From IMG/VR virus record IMGVR_UViG_3300049432_000151, positions 1-64,000 of that record: a DNA stretch of 64,000 nt, one strand, 5' to 3'. Made by a program: the position numbers and the translations under genes. Source of the DNA: a virus. The first letter of the stretch is position 1. Each line of letters begins with the position of its first letter. The notes below the pieces were generated by a model, which was given only the letters and a program-made list of their open reading frames with translations, made no database searches and had not been told where the DNA came from. Below, piece after piece: positions 63,569 through 64,000 of the stretch.

Positions 63569-64000
63569 ATGCGCTTCATCAGCGGTCAGCTCCGCATCAC
63601 CATCGGTATGCTCATTCTCCTCGTGTCGCTGCCCGCGGTCGCCGGCGACGTCGTCCTGCCGTTCTACAACGCTGACGGCTTCACGTCCGCGGTCGTGTAC
63701 TCGAATCGCACCGCTTCGGACATTGCTCTCCCGTCCGACAGTCGGGTCAGCCCTTCGGTCGCTGAGATCGTGAAGGCTCAGGCGGCGATCCGAAAGACCG
63801 TCACGCTTCCCAGCTTCGGCGTGCTCTCCGTCCCAGCGCCGGCGGGTTTGACGGTGTACGCGGAACTGACGTCTCCGTTCGGTGCGGTCATTCGCATCAA
63901 GCCGCTCCAGGCCGTTGCGAGTGCAAACCTCTACGAGCTGCTCACGAGCGACGGCTACAACTCGGCCATCTTCATCGGAGCTCTCTCGCCGACCGTCGCT
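63569..64000 (+). CDS. Secreted protein, partial
   Basis: AAGGA SD; MRFISGQLRITIGMLILLVSLPAVA-G; open to the window edge. Confidence 0.65.
   Translation, partial: MRFISGQLRITIGMLILLVSLPAVAGDVVLPFYNADGFTSAVVYSNRTASDIALPSDSRVSPSVAEIVKAQAAIRKTVTLPSFGVLSVPAPAGLTVYAELTSPFGAVIRIKPLQAVASANLYELLTSDGYNSAIFIGALSPTVA

Larger units (their letters stand above)
1..64000. mobile_element. Temperate siphovirus/prophage genome segment, both ends outside the window
   Basis: Lambdoid gene order: replication/recombination, cro/cI switch, terminase, portal, protease, HK97 capsid, tail, lysis. No host housekeeping genes seen. Confidence 0.95.

Noticed and set aside
1-64000. Integrase, att sites, tRNA or rRNA genes
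   Set aside because: None recognised; the phage genome extends past both window edges.

Overview
The whole window reads as most of a GC-rich temperate siphovirus or prophage; no integrase, att site or genome end is visible. The host is plausibly Acidobacteriota, inferred only from a C-terminal RRRAIRK motif. Layout: (1) 1-16.6 kb, leftward early operon with replication initiator, DnaC-like loader, a DpdA-like DNA transglycosylase, a C5-methyltransferase split over two overlapping frames, a DUF2303 pair, ASCH, a recombination module, and CII/Cro-like regulators; (2) 16.7 kb, CI-like repressor; (3) 17.7-27.8 kb, accessory island with FG-GAP, TIR, alpha/beta hydrolase, membrane-PPC protein, an HTH-ImmA/IrrE module, three copies of a small gene with a conserved leaderless promoter, and two copies of a candidate structured sRNA; (4) 28-64 kb, late genes: terminase, portal-MuF fusion, prohead protease fused to an Acb1-like 2H phosphoesterase, HK97 capsid, an 8 kb cluster of signal-peptide-bearing fibre-like proteins, lambda-like tail and lysis genes. 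The most notable candidates are the secreted fibre cluster, the protease-Acb1 fusion, the dual-frame methyltransferase beside DpdA, and the repeated promoter/small-gene/sRNA architecture of the island. All family calls come from recognising motifs by eye; no searches were run.
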